Shown here: one piece after another, positions 49,283 through 58,500 of the stretch
Layout of the letters: every line of letters starts with the position of its first letter
Position numbering within the stretch: position 1 is the stretch's first letter
Assembly: GCA_965224025.1 (NCBI GenBank)
Contig: OZ245033.1
Location: 2,240,001-2,304,000, forward strand
Reading direction: 5' to 3'
DNA from: Candidatus Multivorans sp.
Lineage (GTDB): Bacteria > Acidobacteriota > Thermoanaerobaculia > Multivoradales > Multivoraceae
Length of the DNA: 64,000 nucleotides
Made by a program: the position numbers and the translations under genes
Notes under the pieces: model-generated
What the model was told of the DNA's origin: nothing
The model's database searches: none
What the model saw: the letters and a program-made list of their open reading frames with translations, nothing else

Positions 49283-51910
49283 ATGCTCTTCGCGGCAGTC
49301 GCCTGGACGACGCCGGCGGCCGGCGTCGTCTACGACATCACTTCGGACGGAGCGATGACCGATCGGGCAACCGCGATCGTGTACGGCGAGGTCATGGAGA
49401 GCCGGCCGGGGCCGGGATTCACGACGGACCATTGGTTTCGCGTCGAGGAGGTTCTCAAGGGTACGCTGCCGGGAAGCGTGGTCAGGATTCGGCAGGACGG
49501 CGGTGTGCGGAAGGACGGTCTGGCCAAGGTGATCCTGGGCCTGCCGATGATGCAGGAGGGCGACCGCATGCTCCTCTTTCTGGTTGAAGAGGAAGAGGCG
49601 GACGTGTACCGCACGTTCGAGTACGCCCTCGGCATGTTCTATGAGAGATCCGGGAGCAGGCCGGTGTTCGTTCGCGAGCCGAGTCTCCAGGAGCGCGAGG
49701 TGAGGCTCGCGGCGGATTTCCGGGACTGGGTGAGGGGGAGATCGGATGGCGTGGTCCGCGCTGAGGACTACCGGGTCGAGGAGCGGAACGCGCCCTCTTC
49801 CGTTCCGTCTCCCTTCAGAGTGATTGTGACGCCGCTCGGATGCGAGACCTTGGGCGGCAAGGCGGGCCGGCCGATCCGGTGGTGGGAGTTCGACGAAGGA
49901 GCCTCGTTGCGCGTCTACCTGAATTCGAGGCCGCAGCCGGGAATCGAAGGGGACGGCTCGAGAGAGTTCGCCCGCGGCATGGAGGTATGGAACGGTGCGG
50001 ACGGCTCGACGGTCAAACTGGAATATGCGGGGGTGAACGACGCAGTGGTGTTCGGTGGACGGCGGCCGGACCTGATCTCAGGATTGGTTCACGAAGATCC
50101 CAACGATGCAGTTCCGGAGAGTTTCGACCCCCAGAAAGGCGGGGTTCTGGCGGTTACCCAGACCTGGTTCGGCTGCTCTGGGGAAGTGCCGCTGAGGCCC
50201 GTACCCAACAACGCGGGCGTCGAGGCGTACCCGATTGTCGACTTCGACATGACGACGCAGGACGGCTTTCACCTGTTCCTGGCCAACCAGGAAGATCCGA
50301 ACCTCGCCTACGAGCAGGTGATCGCCCACGAGCTGGGACACGGAATCGGTTTCGCTCATGCGTGCGGAGACGAAGTAGACTGCGACGTCCTCGTAGAGCC
50401 GGCCAGGAACGCGCTCATGCGCGCCGATGCGGGGGGTGGATACGGCCGCGGGGCGGTAATCACCGCCGACGACAGGAACATGGTCAGGTTCCTCTACGGT
50501 GACGGGAAGGCGTTCGAGCCGCCTCCGCCGCCGGGGGTTGTTATCCAGTACACGAACTGCGCGGTTGCGACAAGACCGCTGGTCTTCGCGGGCGGGTACG
50601 AGGCCGGCCTGTGTTACGAGACGTTCGATGGCGCTCAGGGAGGGGCGAGGGGCGGAGTATGGTCGTCCGATGAATCGGGCCTGCTGTGGTTCTTCGAGGA
50701 AGGCAACGTCGAAGTCCTGGTGAAGGTTCTGAACGGGTGTTCCTACAACGACCACTATTGGGTGTTCGTGGCGCCGATGACGAATCTGGCATTCAATCTG
50801 GAGGTGCGTGACAGGGGAGGGAATGTCTGGACGCACCGAAACGGTTTGGGCATCCAGGCACAAGCCAGGAGCGATACGTCGGCCTTCCCGTGCTCCGGAG
50901 CTCCGCCTGATCCGCCTGATCCTGACGCCGGCGGCGTGCCGCCGAGGACCTACAGCGTCGAAGTACCGGGGTTCACCTACGGGGGTCTCGTGTTTAAGGG
51001 GGATTTTGAAACTCAAGAAAGTACTGTATTCGAATACGAGCTCGCGCACAGGTTCCGCATCCTGGGGAAGGGCGTGGTGCAGCATGCTCAGGTCTGCCTG
51101 CTGCGCTTTTTCGATGTTCCCTCGAGTGAGATAGCGGAGGTCGAGATGCGTCTCTACGAAGGAGACCGCAGTCCGGAGAGGAAGCTGGCGTCCGCGAGGG
51201 TCGCGGGCAGAATCGACCTCGACGATCCGAGCGATCTGCCCTTGGAGTTCGACGAGGTCGACGCGGCGAAGTGTTTCGACGTTGGCGGAGAGTTTTCCGG
51301 CCGGGAACTGGACGCGGGTCCCATTTGGGTGTCGGCTCGTTTAAGGACCGGCAAGGCGTTCCTGGCGGTTCAGTTCGAACTTGCTGGCTTGGAGGTGGAC
51401 CGCGCGTCGCGCAGCAGAAAGGAAGAAGGAGAAAGGAAAGAGTACGGGGCCTGGGACGTGGTGGAGCTTGGTCCGATGGCGGCGGCTATCAGGTTGGTTG
51501 TGTCCCATGAGGTAGAATTCCCGGACGATTATCTATTTGCATCCGGCCCTCCCGTGGACTGCGTACCTCAAGAAATGCTGTCGCTCCAGGGCGGGTATGA
51601 GGTCGGCGTATGCCATGAGCAGGGAGAAGGGCGTGAGCATGGAGAAGGTAGCGTCGGTTGGCGCTCCGACGAATCGGGACTCTTCTGGTTCTTCAGTGAG
51701 GAGAACGCGGAAATGCTGGTCAAGGTCCTGAACGGTTGTGACATCAACGGGCACTGGTGGGTCTTCGTCGCGCCGGCGACGGATCTTGGCTTCAATCTGT
51801 ACGTGCTGGACCGGAAGAACCAGATCTGGCATCACGGCAACGTCGAGCGCGGCGTTGGGGAGACGCGAATGGACCTGGGCGCTTTTCGCTGCGACCAGAC
51901 GGGAGGATGA
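49283..51910 (+). CDS. Secreted metzincin (matrixin-like) metalloprotease with repeated SGL(F/L)WFF..N.E.LVKVL.GC domains
   Basis: [11 protein letters not shown] zinc motif plus Met-turn ALM; two copies of the repeat domain; start uncertain. Confidence 0.8.
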   Translation: MLFAAVAWTTPAAGVVYDITSDGAMTDRATAIVYGEVMESRPGPGFTTDHWFRVEEVLKGTLPGSVVRIRQDGGVRKDGLAKVILGLPMMQEGDRMLLFLVEEEEADVYRTFEYALGMFYERSGSRPVFVREPSLQEREVRLAADFRDWVRGRSDGVVRAEDYRVEERNAPSSVPSPFRVIVTPLGCETLGGKAGRPIRWWEFDEGASLRVYLNSRPQPGIEGDGSREFARGMEVWNGADGSTVKLEYAGVNDAVVFGGRRPDLISGLVHEDPNDAVPESFDPQKGGVLAVTQTWFGCSGEVPLRPVPNNAGVEAYPIVDFDMTTQDGFHLFLANQEDPNLAYEQVIAHELGHGIGFAHACGDEVDCDVLVEPARNALMRADAGGGYGRGAVITADDRNMVRFLYGDGKAFEPPPPPGVVIQYTNCAVATRPLVFAGGYEAGLCYETFDGAQGGARGGVWSSDESGLLWFFEEGNVEVLVKVLNGCSYNDHYWVFVAPMTNLAFNLEVRDRGGNVWTHRNGLGIQAQARSDTSAFPCSGAPPDPPDPDAGGVPPRTYSVEVPGFTYGGLVFKGDFETQESTVFEYELAHRFRILGKGVVQHAQVCLLRFFDVPSSEIAEVEMRLYEGDRSPERKLASARVAGRIDLDDPSDLPLEFDEVDAAKCFDVGGEFSGRELDAGPIWVSARLRTGKAFLAVQFELAGLEVDRASRSRKEEGERKEYGAWDVVELGPMAAAIRLVVSHEVEFPDDYLFASGPPVDCVPQEMLSLQGGYEVGVCHEQGEGREHGEGSVGWRSDESGLFWFFSEENAEMLVKVLNGCDINGHWWVFVAPATDLGFNLYVLDRKNQIWHHGNVERGVGETRMDLGAFRCDQTGG

Positions 51911-51912
51911 CG

Positions 51913-53574
51913 ATGAAGGCTCTTGCTTCGGCGGCGGCGATGTTCTGGATCTGTGCGCCGGGAAGCGGACAGGTGAGAGACTACCAGTACGACAAGGGGT
52001 TTCCTGACGACGCCGACCTCGCGGTGGTGATGGACTGGGGCGAAGTGACTCAGATGGGCGAGCCCCGGGGACGACATGTCATCGCGGCGGAATATGCGCA
52101 GCGCTTTCGCCTCCAGAAGGGAGGCGATCTTTCTTATGTGGAGGTGTGCCTGATCGGCGAAGCGCCCGACGTGGAGTTTCGGATCAGCGTGTACGAGGAT
52201 GCGGGAGGGGAACCGGGAGACCGGAGGGGAGAGCATGAGTTCACGCTCGACGACGTGGCCGTCTTGGAAGAGGGGGAGGTTGGGGAGTGCAGTCGGCTGC
52301 GCGGGTTCGACGAGGAACTGGACGCGGGCGATGTGTGGATCTCGATCGCTCCGCCGGGTCTGCCGCTGGAAGAGCTGAGCGATTTGCCGCGGTGGGGCAT
52401 CTTGGCTGATCCGCTCGGCGAGAGCGCCACCAAAGTCTGGAGGCGTTTGCGCTCTACGGGCAGGCCCAGTCTGTCTTCGTGGAAGTCTCAAAGGTTCGAT
52501 TGGTCTGCTCTGTTCCTTCGCGCGGGTATCCGGGAGGCGGACGACCCGGACGGCGGCGGCGAGGAACCCGAGGACCCGGACGGCGGCGGCGAGGAACCCG
52601 AGGACCCGGACGGCGGCGGCGAGGAACCCGAGGACCCGGACGGCGGCGGCGAGGAACCCGAGGACCCGGACGGCGGCGGCGAGGAACCCGAGGACCCGGA
52701 CGGCGGCGGCGAGGAACCCGAGGACCCGGACGGCGGCGGCGAGGAGGATTGCAGTACGGAAGAGGTTCTCTGTCTTCTGGACGATCGGTACCTCGTGAGG
52801 GCGAGCTGGCATGACTACAGCGACAGCCTTCTCGGACTGTTCCCGCAGTTAGTGCCGGCGAGAGTGGCCGAGCCGAAGACCGATGATTCGGGGCTCTTCT
52901 GGTTCTTCAGTCCGAACAACTGGGAGATCCTGGTAAAGGTCCTGGATGGCTGTGCCTACAATGGTCGCGTGTGGGTGTACGGCGCATCGACGACGGATCA
53001 GGGATACACGATCGACGTAAAGGACACTCTTACGGGCGCTCTGTGGACATACATCCATAACGGGGGGGCGGCGCCGGCAATCACCGATTCGAGTGCGTTT
53101 CCCGGCGGCTGCGATGGCGCCGGGGACGCGGTGGGCGGAACGGGTGCGGCCATAGGGGGAACGGGTGCGGCCATAGGGATCGCGACCGAAAGCGCGGCGG
53201 CGTCTACGGAGGGATGCCGGGACGGCGATTCCTCGATCTGTCTTCTCGACGGTCGATACGAGGTCTCGGTGGACTGGTCCGCGGCCGACGGCCGCTCCGG
53301 GGCTGGAATGGTTGCCGATGTTCGGACCGGCGATTCCGGGTTGATCTGGTTCTTCGGGCCGGACAACTGGGAGATGTTGGTCAAGGTTCTGGACGGGTGC
53401 GAGCTCAACGGACACCACTGGGTGTTTGCGGCGTCGGCGACCGATCTGGGGCTCCATCTGACGGTCAGGGATACGATGACCGGCGCAATGAAGGTGTACC
53501 GGAAAGAAGCCGGCCCCCCCGCGACGGCGGTAGTGGACGTCGGCGCGTTCGCGAACGTGTGCTCCGCACAGTAG
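51913..53574 (+). CDS. Secreted modular protein with DPDGGGEEPE linker and two SGL.WFF..N.E.LVKVLDGC domains
   Basis: GGAGG RBS, signal peptide; domains shared with the upstream protease. Confidence 0.78.
   Translation: MKALASAAAMFWICAPGSGQVRDYQYDKGFPDDADLAVVMDWGEVTQMGEPRGRHVIAAEYAQRFRLQKGGDLSYVEVCLIGEAPDVEFRISVYEDAGGEPGDRRGEHEFTLDDVAVLEEGEVGECSRLRGFDEELDAGDVWISIAPPGLPLEELSDLPRWGILADPLGESATKVWRRLRSTGRPSLSSWKSQRFDWSALFLRAGIREADDPDGGGEEPEDPDGGGEEPEDPDGGGEEPEDPDGGGEEPEDPDGGGEEPEDPDGGGEEPEDPDGGGEEDCSTEEVLCLLDDRYLVRASWHDYSDSLLGLFPQLVPARVAEPKTDDSGLFWFFSPNNWEILVKVLDGCAYNGRVWVYGASTTDQGYTIDVKDTLTGALWTYIHNGGAAPAITDSSAFPGGCDGAGDAVGGTGAAIGGTGAAIGIATESAAASTEGCRDGDSSICLLDGRYEVSVDWSAADGRSGAGMVADVRTGDSGLIWFFGPDNWEMLVKVLDGCELNGHHWVFAASATDLGLHLTVRDTMTGAMKVYRKEAGPPATAVVDVGAFANVCSAQ
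52543..52745 (+). repeat. Perfect 30-bp coding tandem repeat, 6 full copies plus a partial
   Basis: GACCCGGACGGCGGCGGCGAGGAACCCGAG repeated; encodes DPDGGGEEPE. Confidence 0.97.
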
Positions 53575-53596
53575 CGTCCTGTGTTTCGACGCCCGT

Positions 53597-53681
53597 TCTT
53601 GTTTGGAGACACCGCCTGTCCGTTACAGGCTATCTTCACGATGCCTATCCTGGTTTTCGATCAGGGTGGAGGTCCGTCGAT
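53597..53681 (+). repeat. ~85-bp direct repeat, copy 2 (intergenic)
   Basis: Diverged copy of 48990-49073 with a 1-bp indel. Confidence 0.9.
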
Positions 53682-53719
53682 AGCGCGTGTGCGCGCTCCT
53701 TGAGCATAGAATCCTCGCC

Positions 53720-54682
53720 ATGGCCGAGCCCGTCCACGCTGCGCGAACGCCGCCGCCCGAAGAGCGGCGCGGTCCGGAACAAGCGCCGCTCGACGCGGCC
53801 GACTTTCCCGGCTGCCGGGCGGTCCAGATAGCGCCCAGGGAGATCGAGGACCACGAGGGCCGCGTGGAGTACTGGGAGGCGCGTACCGGGACGGCGATGG
53901 TGGTTTGCGAGCCGACCAGCACGTATCACGAGCAGCCGGCGCACCGGTTGGCTGCCTTGACGGCTCTGATCGCCGCCTCTCGCGGATCCCCTATCAGCGC
54001 CTACGGTACGTCGGACCTGGTGCGCTTCTACCCTGGCGGCGAGCTGCGGGTGTTGATGCAGGCGGACCAGATCCTCTACCTGCAACCGCCTTCCGCCGAG
54101 GAGCTCGGGCCCAGGGTCGATGTGGACGGCGATGATCTGCCGGACATCGTCCTGGAGGTCGACTACTCGACCGACGTTCGGGTGCGCAAGCTGCCGCTCT
54201 ACGAGGCGTGGGGCTTTCCCGAGGTCTGGGTCGATGTGCCGGACGCGCGCTCGCCGAGTCGTCCGAAGTCCCGACGCCCGGGTCTGACGATCCACGTACT
54301 CGAAGGCGGCCGCTTCGCCCCGGCGGAGAGCAGCCGGGCGTTCCCGGGCTGGACGGCCGAAGAGATCCACGGGGCGTTGAGCGAAGACACGATGTCCGCA
54401 TCGACGGCGGCCGCGCTCCATCGAGTCGGCGCCGCCATGGGCGCCGCCGAAGGCGCCGGCCCGGACGACGATCCCTGGCTGCGGCGCTACCGTGACGAGA
54501 CACGGTACGAGTCGGTCATCGCCGTCCTCGCGGAACGCGGCATCGCGACCACGCGGGCCTTGCCGGCGCGCATTGCGGAACTCGGGGAGATTCCGGTGAC
54601 CGTGTTGGTGCGGGCCGCGCTCCGTTGCGCGAGCGAGACGGAGTTTCTGGAGCTCTGCGCCTCAGAACGCCGCCGACGCTGA
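53720..54682 (+). CDS. Uma2-family PD-(D/E)xK endonuclease-like protein
   Basis: P...HE, PDIVLEVD, KLPLY..WGFPEVW, S.AFPG motifs. Confidence 0.82.
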   Translation: MAEPVHAARTPPPEERRGPEQAPLDAADFPGCRAVQIAPREIEDHEGRVEYWEARTGTAMVVCEPTSTYHEQPAHRLAALTALIAASRGSPISAYGTSDLVRFYPGGELRVLMQADQILYLQPPSAEELGPRVDVDGDDLPDIVLEVDYSTDVRVRKLPLYEAWGFPEVWVDVPDARSPSRPKSRRPGLTIHVLEGGRFAPAESSRAFPGWTAEEIHGALSEDTMSASTAAALHRVGAAMGAAEGAGPDDDPWLRRYRDETRYESVIAVLAERGIATTRALPARIAELGEIPVTVLVRAALRCASETEFLELCASERRRR

Positions 54683-54745
54683 TCCGTTGCTCAGCGCAGG
54701 GCGGCGCCGATGATGCCGCCCACCATGGGACCATCAGGGGACGTG

Positions 54746-55522
54746 ATGGACTCGTCGAGCATGGATCCGGGTAGCGGTGCAACGATCCGCGCGGCCTATC
54801 TGGGCCGGGTCGGTTACGAAGCCGGTGTCGAGCTGCAGCACCGGGTGCGGCAGTCCATCCTGGACGCCGACCCCGCCGCCGCGGACACGTTGCTCCTGCT
54901 TGAGCATCCGCCGACCTACACGGTGGGCCGGAACTGCGACCGGGGCGATGTCCTGGCGGCGCCGGATTGGCTCGAGCAGCGCGGAATCGCCGTCGCCCCG
55001 TGCGACCGGGGCGGGCGCGCCACGTACCACGGTCCGGGTCAGCTCGTGGGATACCCGGTCATCGACCTGAGACCGGACCGCCGCAACGTGCGCGCCTACG
55101 TCCGCAACCTCCAGGAAGTGCTGGTCAGGACGCTGGCGGCGTTCGGCGTCAGTGCCCTGGGCGGCGAGGAACGGGAGCGAATCGGCGTCTGGGTCGGGCA
55201 TCGGAAGATCGCCTCGATCGGGATCCACCTCCGGCGCTGGGTCACCACACACGGTTTCGCGCTCAACGTCTCGACTGAACTCGACGACTTCGCCGGCATC
55301 CTCTCCTGCGGCTTCGACGCCGGCGTGATGACCTCGATCGAGGATCTCACCGGCCGCCGCCACAGCCTGGCCGAAGTCGGCGCGTGCTGCGCCGAGGTCT
55401 TCGCGGAGATCTTCGAACGGCGGCTGGTCACGGTGGCGCCGGAGTCGCTGGTTGCGCCGGCTTTAGGGGCTAGGATCGAGGGTGACGCGCGGCCGCGGGA
55501 GGGTCGGCCGCCGGAGTCGTAA
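54746..55522 (+). CDS. lipB: Lipoyl(octanoyl) transferase
   Basis: LLEHPPTYT.G, DRGG.ATYHGPGQLVGYP, KIASIG, HGFALNV. Confidence 0.95.
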   Translation: MDSSSMDPGSGATIRAAYLGRVGYEAGVELQHRVRQSILDADPAAADTLLLLEHPPTYTVGRNCDRGDVLAAPDWLEQRGIAVAPCDRGGRATYHGPGQLVGYPVIDLRPDRRNVRAYVRNLQEVLVRTLAAFGVSALGGEERERIGVWVGHRKIASIGIHLRRWVTTHGFALNVSTELDDFAGILSCGFDAGVMTSIEDLTGRRHSLAEVGACCAEVFAEIFERRLVTVAPESLVAPALGARIEGDARPREGRPPES

Positions 55523-55527
55523 CGCGC

Positions 55528-56451
55528 ATGGACGAACTCGTTTCCATCGGCGCCCCGCCGGCCGCGGCCGGCGCCGCCCGGTTGCCCCGGCCCGACTGGC
55601 TGCGGATCCGGCTGTCGACGCCGGAGTCGTATCACCGCGTGCGCCGGCTGGTCGAGGGTCTGAACCTGAACACGGTGTGCGAAGAGGCGCGCTGCCCGAA
55701 CATCTACGAGTGCTGGGGCCAGCACGGTACCGCCACGTTCATGATCCTCGGCGACACCTGCACCCGCCGCTGCGGCTTCTGCGCGGTCCACACGGGCCGA
55801 CCCGCCCCGGGTGTCGACCCGGACGAACCGGCGCGGGTGGGGAAGGCCGCGGCGACCATGGGGCTCCGCCACGTGGTCGTCACCTCCGTCGACCGCGACG
55901 ACCTGCCGGACGGCGGCGCGGGCCACTTCGCGGACACCATCCGGGCGATCCGGGCGCAGGTGCCGGGCGCGGCGGTCGAGGTGCTGACGCCGGACTTCCG
56001 GGGCGTCGCGGACGCCCTCGACATCGTCCTCGAGGCGCGGCCGGAGGTCTTCTCCCACAACATGGAGACGGCGCCCCGGCTCTACCGCCAGGCGCGCCCC
56101 GGCAGCCTTTTCGAGCGCAGCGTCGACCTTCTCCGCGAGGCGGCGGCCCGCCGCGACGGTGGAAGCTATGGCGGCCGGGTGAAGACGGGCCTGATGGTCG
56201 GCCTCGGCGAGACGACGGCGGAACTCGAATCGACGATCACGGACATCCGCGCCGCGGGAACAGAGATCCTCACCATCGGCCAGTACCTGCGGCCGACCCG
56301 GGACCACCTGCCCGTCGACCGCTACGTTCACCCGGACGAGTTCGCCCGTCTGCGCGAGTTCGCCCTGGGTCTGGGTTTCAGCCACTGCGAATCGGGTCCC
56401 CTGGTCCGCAGCAGCTACCACGCCCACGAGCACGTTCGCCCGGCGGGATGA
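55528..56451 (+). CDS. lipA: Lipoyl synthase
   Basis: TVCEEARCPNIYEC, CTRRCGFC, VRSSYHA. Confidence 0.98.
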   Translation: MDELVSIGAPPAAAGAARLPRPDWLRIRLSTPESYHRVRRLVEGLNLNTVCEEARCPNIYECWGQHGTATFMILGDTCTRRCGFCAVHTGRPAPGVDPDEPARVGKAAATMGLRHVVVTSVDRDDLPDGGAGHFADTIRAIRAQVPGAAVEVLTPDFRGVADALDIVLEARPEVFSHNMETAPRLYRQARPGSLFERSVDLLREAAARRDGGSYGGRVKTGLMVGLGETTAELESTITDIRAAGTEILTIGQYLRPTRDHLPVDRYVHPDEFARLREFALGLGFSHCESGPLVRSSYHAHEHVRPAG

Positions 56452-56496
56452 GAGCCCGTGGCCAGCATTCCCAGTCCCGCCCCTTGAAGTGAGACC

Positions 56497-57468
56497 ATGA
56501 CGATCTTCTCGCGTTTCGTCGGTTGCTCCCTGCCGCTGTTGCCGCCTCCCCTCGTGCGTTGGGTGGCGGCGCCCTACGTGGCCGGGGACGAGCCGGACGA
56601 TGCGCTCGCCTGTACCGGCGGCCTGAACCGGAGGGGACTGGCCGGGACCCTGGCGCTCCTCGGCGAGGAGGTCGACAGCCGGGAACTCGCAGTCGAGGGG
56701 ACCGGGCTCTACGTCGATCTCGTGGAGGCGATCAGCGACCAGGGTCTCGACTGCAACGTCTCCGTCAAGCTGACCCTCCTGGGGCTCAAGGTCGATCGCG
56801 AACTCTGCCGCGAGCACCTCGCTCGCCTGGTCGAGCGGGCAGCCGCCCGCGGCAACTTCGTCCGCATCGACATGGAGGACCACACCTGCACGACGGACAC
56901 CCTGGACCTGTACGGCGAGGCGCTTGCCGACTCGCGGTCCCGCGCCGACGCCGGTGGCCCGCGCGGCGCCGGTTCCGGCGGCGACGCGGTCGGAGTCGTG
57001 CTCCAGGCCTACCTCCACCGCACCCTCGCCGACATCGAGGCACTGCCGGAGCGGGCGAACGTTCGCCTCTGCAAGGGGATCTACGTCGAGCCGCGGGCGG
57101 TCGCTCTCACCGGCTACGAACAGGTGCGCCGGAACTTCCTGGCGTCACTCGAGGCCCTGTTCGACCTCGGCGCCTACGTCGGCATCGCCACTCACGACGG
57201 CTATCTCCTGCGCGAGTCGGCGGCGATCGTCGAGCGGCGCGGCCTTGCGGCTGACCGGTACGAGTTCCAGATGCTCCTGGGGGTGACCGAGGAGCGCCGG
57301 GATGAGCTCGCCGCCGCCGGCCATCGGGTGAGGATCTACGTGCCGTACGGCCGCCAGTGGTATGCCTACTCGACGCGCCGTCTGCGCGAGAACCCGCAGA
57401 TCGCCGGCCATGTGGCGCGGGCGCTGTTCCTGCGGCTGCTGCGCGGGAACCTGGATCGCCGGCGCTAG
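56497..57468 (+). CDS. Monofunctional proline dehydrogenase
   Basis: SVKLT, RIDMED, VLQAYL.RT, RLCKG.Y, IATHD, EFQMLLG, Y..RRL.E. Confidence 0.93.
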   Translation: MTIFSRFVGCSLPLLPPPLVRWVAAPYVAGDEPDDALACTGGLNRRGLAGTLALLGEEVDSRELAVEGTGLYVDLVEAISDQGLDCNVSVKLTLLGLKVDRELCREHLARLVERAAARGNFVRIDMEDHTCTTDTLDLYGEALADSRSRADAGGPRGAGSGGDAVGVVLQAYLHRTLADIEALPERANVRLCKGIYVEPRAVALTGYEQVRRNFLASLEALFDLGAYVGIATHDGYLLRESAAIVERRGLAADRYEFQMLLGVTEERRDELAAAGHRVRIYVPYGRQWYAYSTRRLRENPQIAGHVARALFLRLLRGNLDRRR

Positions 57469-57474
57469 GAGACT

Positions 57475-57556
57475 GCGCGGCAGAAACTGGGTGCGCGGGC
57501 CTTCTGGCCCGCATCCGGCGCAAAGCGCCGGTCTCTGGGAGTTCTGCCGCGCTAGC
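57475..57556 (+). repeat. Multi-stem palindromic element B, copy 2
   Basis: Similar to 8039-8125; outer stem GCGCGGCAGAA/TTCTGCCGCGC. Confidence 0.8.
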
Positions 57557-57630
57557 GCCGTCGCTGGTAACTTCCCTCGGATGGCAAGTCGGCATAACGC
57601 CGCGGCCCGGCGAACCGAGGAGATCTGAAG

Positions 57631-58482
57631 GTGACCACGAGCAGGAAGGACGAAGGGGGCGCAGTGGGTGGCTATACGCGCGTCGCCATGATCGGCGCGG
57701 GCAAGATGGGCCAGACGCTGATCGGCGGCTGGCTCGATGCGGGCGCCGTGGCCGCCGGGTCGATCGTGGCGACGGCGGGCCATGCGGATCGAGTCGCCCG
57801 GGTGGCGCGGAACTTCGGAGTCGAAGGCACCGTCGACAACCGGGCCGCGGTCAAGGGCGCCGACATCGTGATGCTTGCGGTCAAGCCGCAGACCGCCGAC
57901 CTGGTACTGGCCGAGATCGGCGACGCCCTGCGCCCGGAACAGCTCGTCGTCTCGATTCTGGCCTCGGTGACCACGTGCTACATCGAGGACCGCCTGCCGG
58001 GCCTCTTCCCGGTAGTGCGGGCGATGCCGAACACGCCGAGCCGCGTAGGCGCCGGAATGACCGCGATCAGCGCCGGCCGCCATGCGTCCGCCGACCACCT
58101 GGCGGCGTCGGAACGCCTGTTCCTGCCCCTGGGACGCACCGTCGTCGCGGACGAGAAGCACATGGACGCCATCACCGGGCTGTCCGCCTCCGGACCTGCC
58201 TTCCTCTACATCGTGATCGAGGCCCTGGCGGACGGAGGCGTGAAGGTCGGCCTGCCGCGGAAGATGGCGATCGAGCTGGCTGCCCAGACCTGTCTCGGCG
58301 CCGGCAAGATGGTGCTCGACACGGGCCGCCACCCGGCGCTGCTCAAAGACGAAGTGACGACTCCGGCCGGATGCACGGTCGATGGTATTCTGCGTCTCGA
58401 GGAGGGGGGGTTGCGCGTGACCCTGATCAAGGCGATCGTCGAGGCGGCGTCGCGCGCCGCTGAACTGGTGTCCGACGAGTAG
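57631..58482 (+). CDS. proC: Pyrroline-5-carboxylate reductase
   Basis: IGAGKMG, AVKPQ, RAMPNTP, VTTPAGCT. Confidence 0.96.
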   Translation: MTTSRKDEGGAVGGYTRVAMIGAGKMGQTLIGGWLDAGAVAAGSIVATAGHADRVARVARNFGVEGTVDNRAAVKGADIVMLAVKPQTADLVLAEIGDALRPEQLVVSILASVTTCYIEDRLPGLFPVVRAMPNTPSRVGAGMTAISAGRHASADHLAASERLFLPLGRTVVADEKHMDAITGLSASGPAFLYIVIEALADGGVKVGLPRKMAIELAAQTCLGAGKMVLDTGRHPALLKDEVTTPAGCTVDGILRLEEGGLRVTLIKAIVEAASRAAELVSDE

Positions 58483-58500
58483 CCTGTCCTCGGGCATCCG

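Noticed and set aside
52543-52745. 30-bp repeats as a CRISPR array
   Set aside because: No spacers; in-frame coding tandem repeat; no cas genes.
48990-53681. Repeat pair as DGR variable/template repeats
   Set aside because: Mismatches are not adenine-specific (C/T and G/C changes plus an indel), and no reverse transcriptase is in the window.
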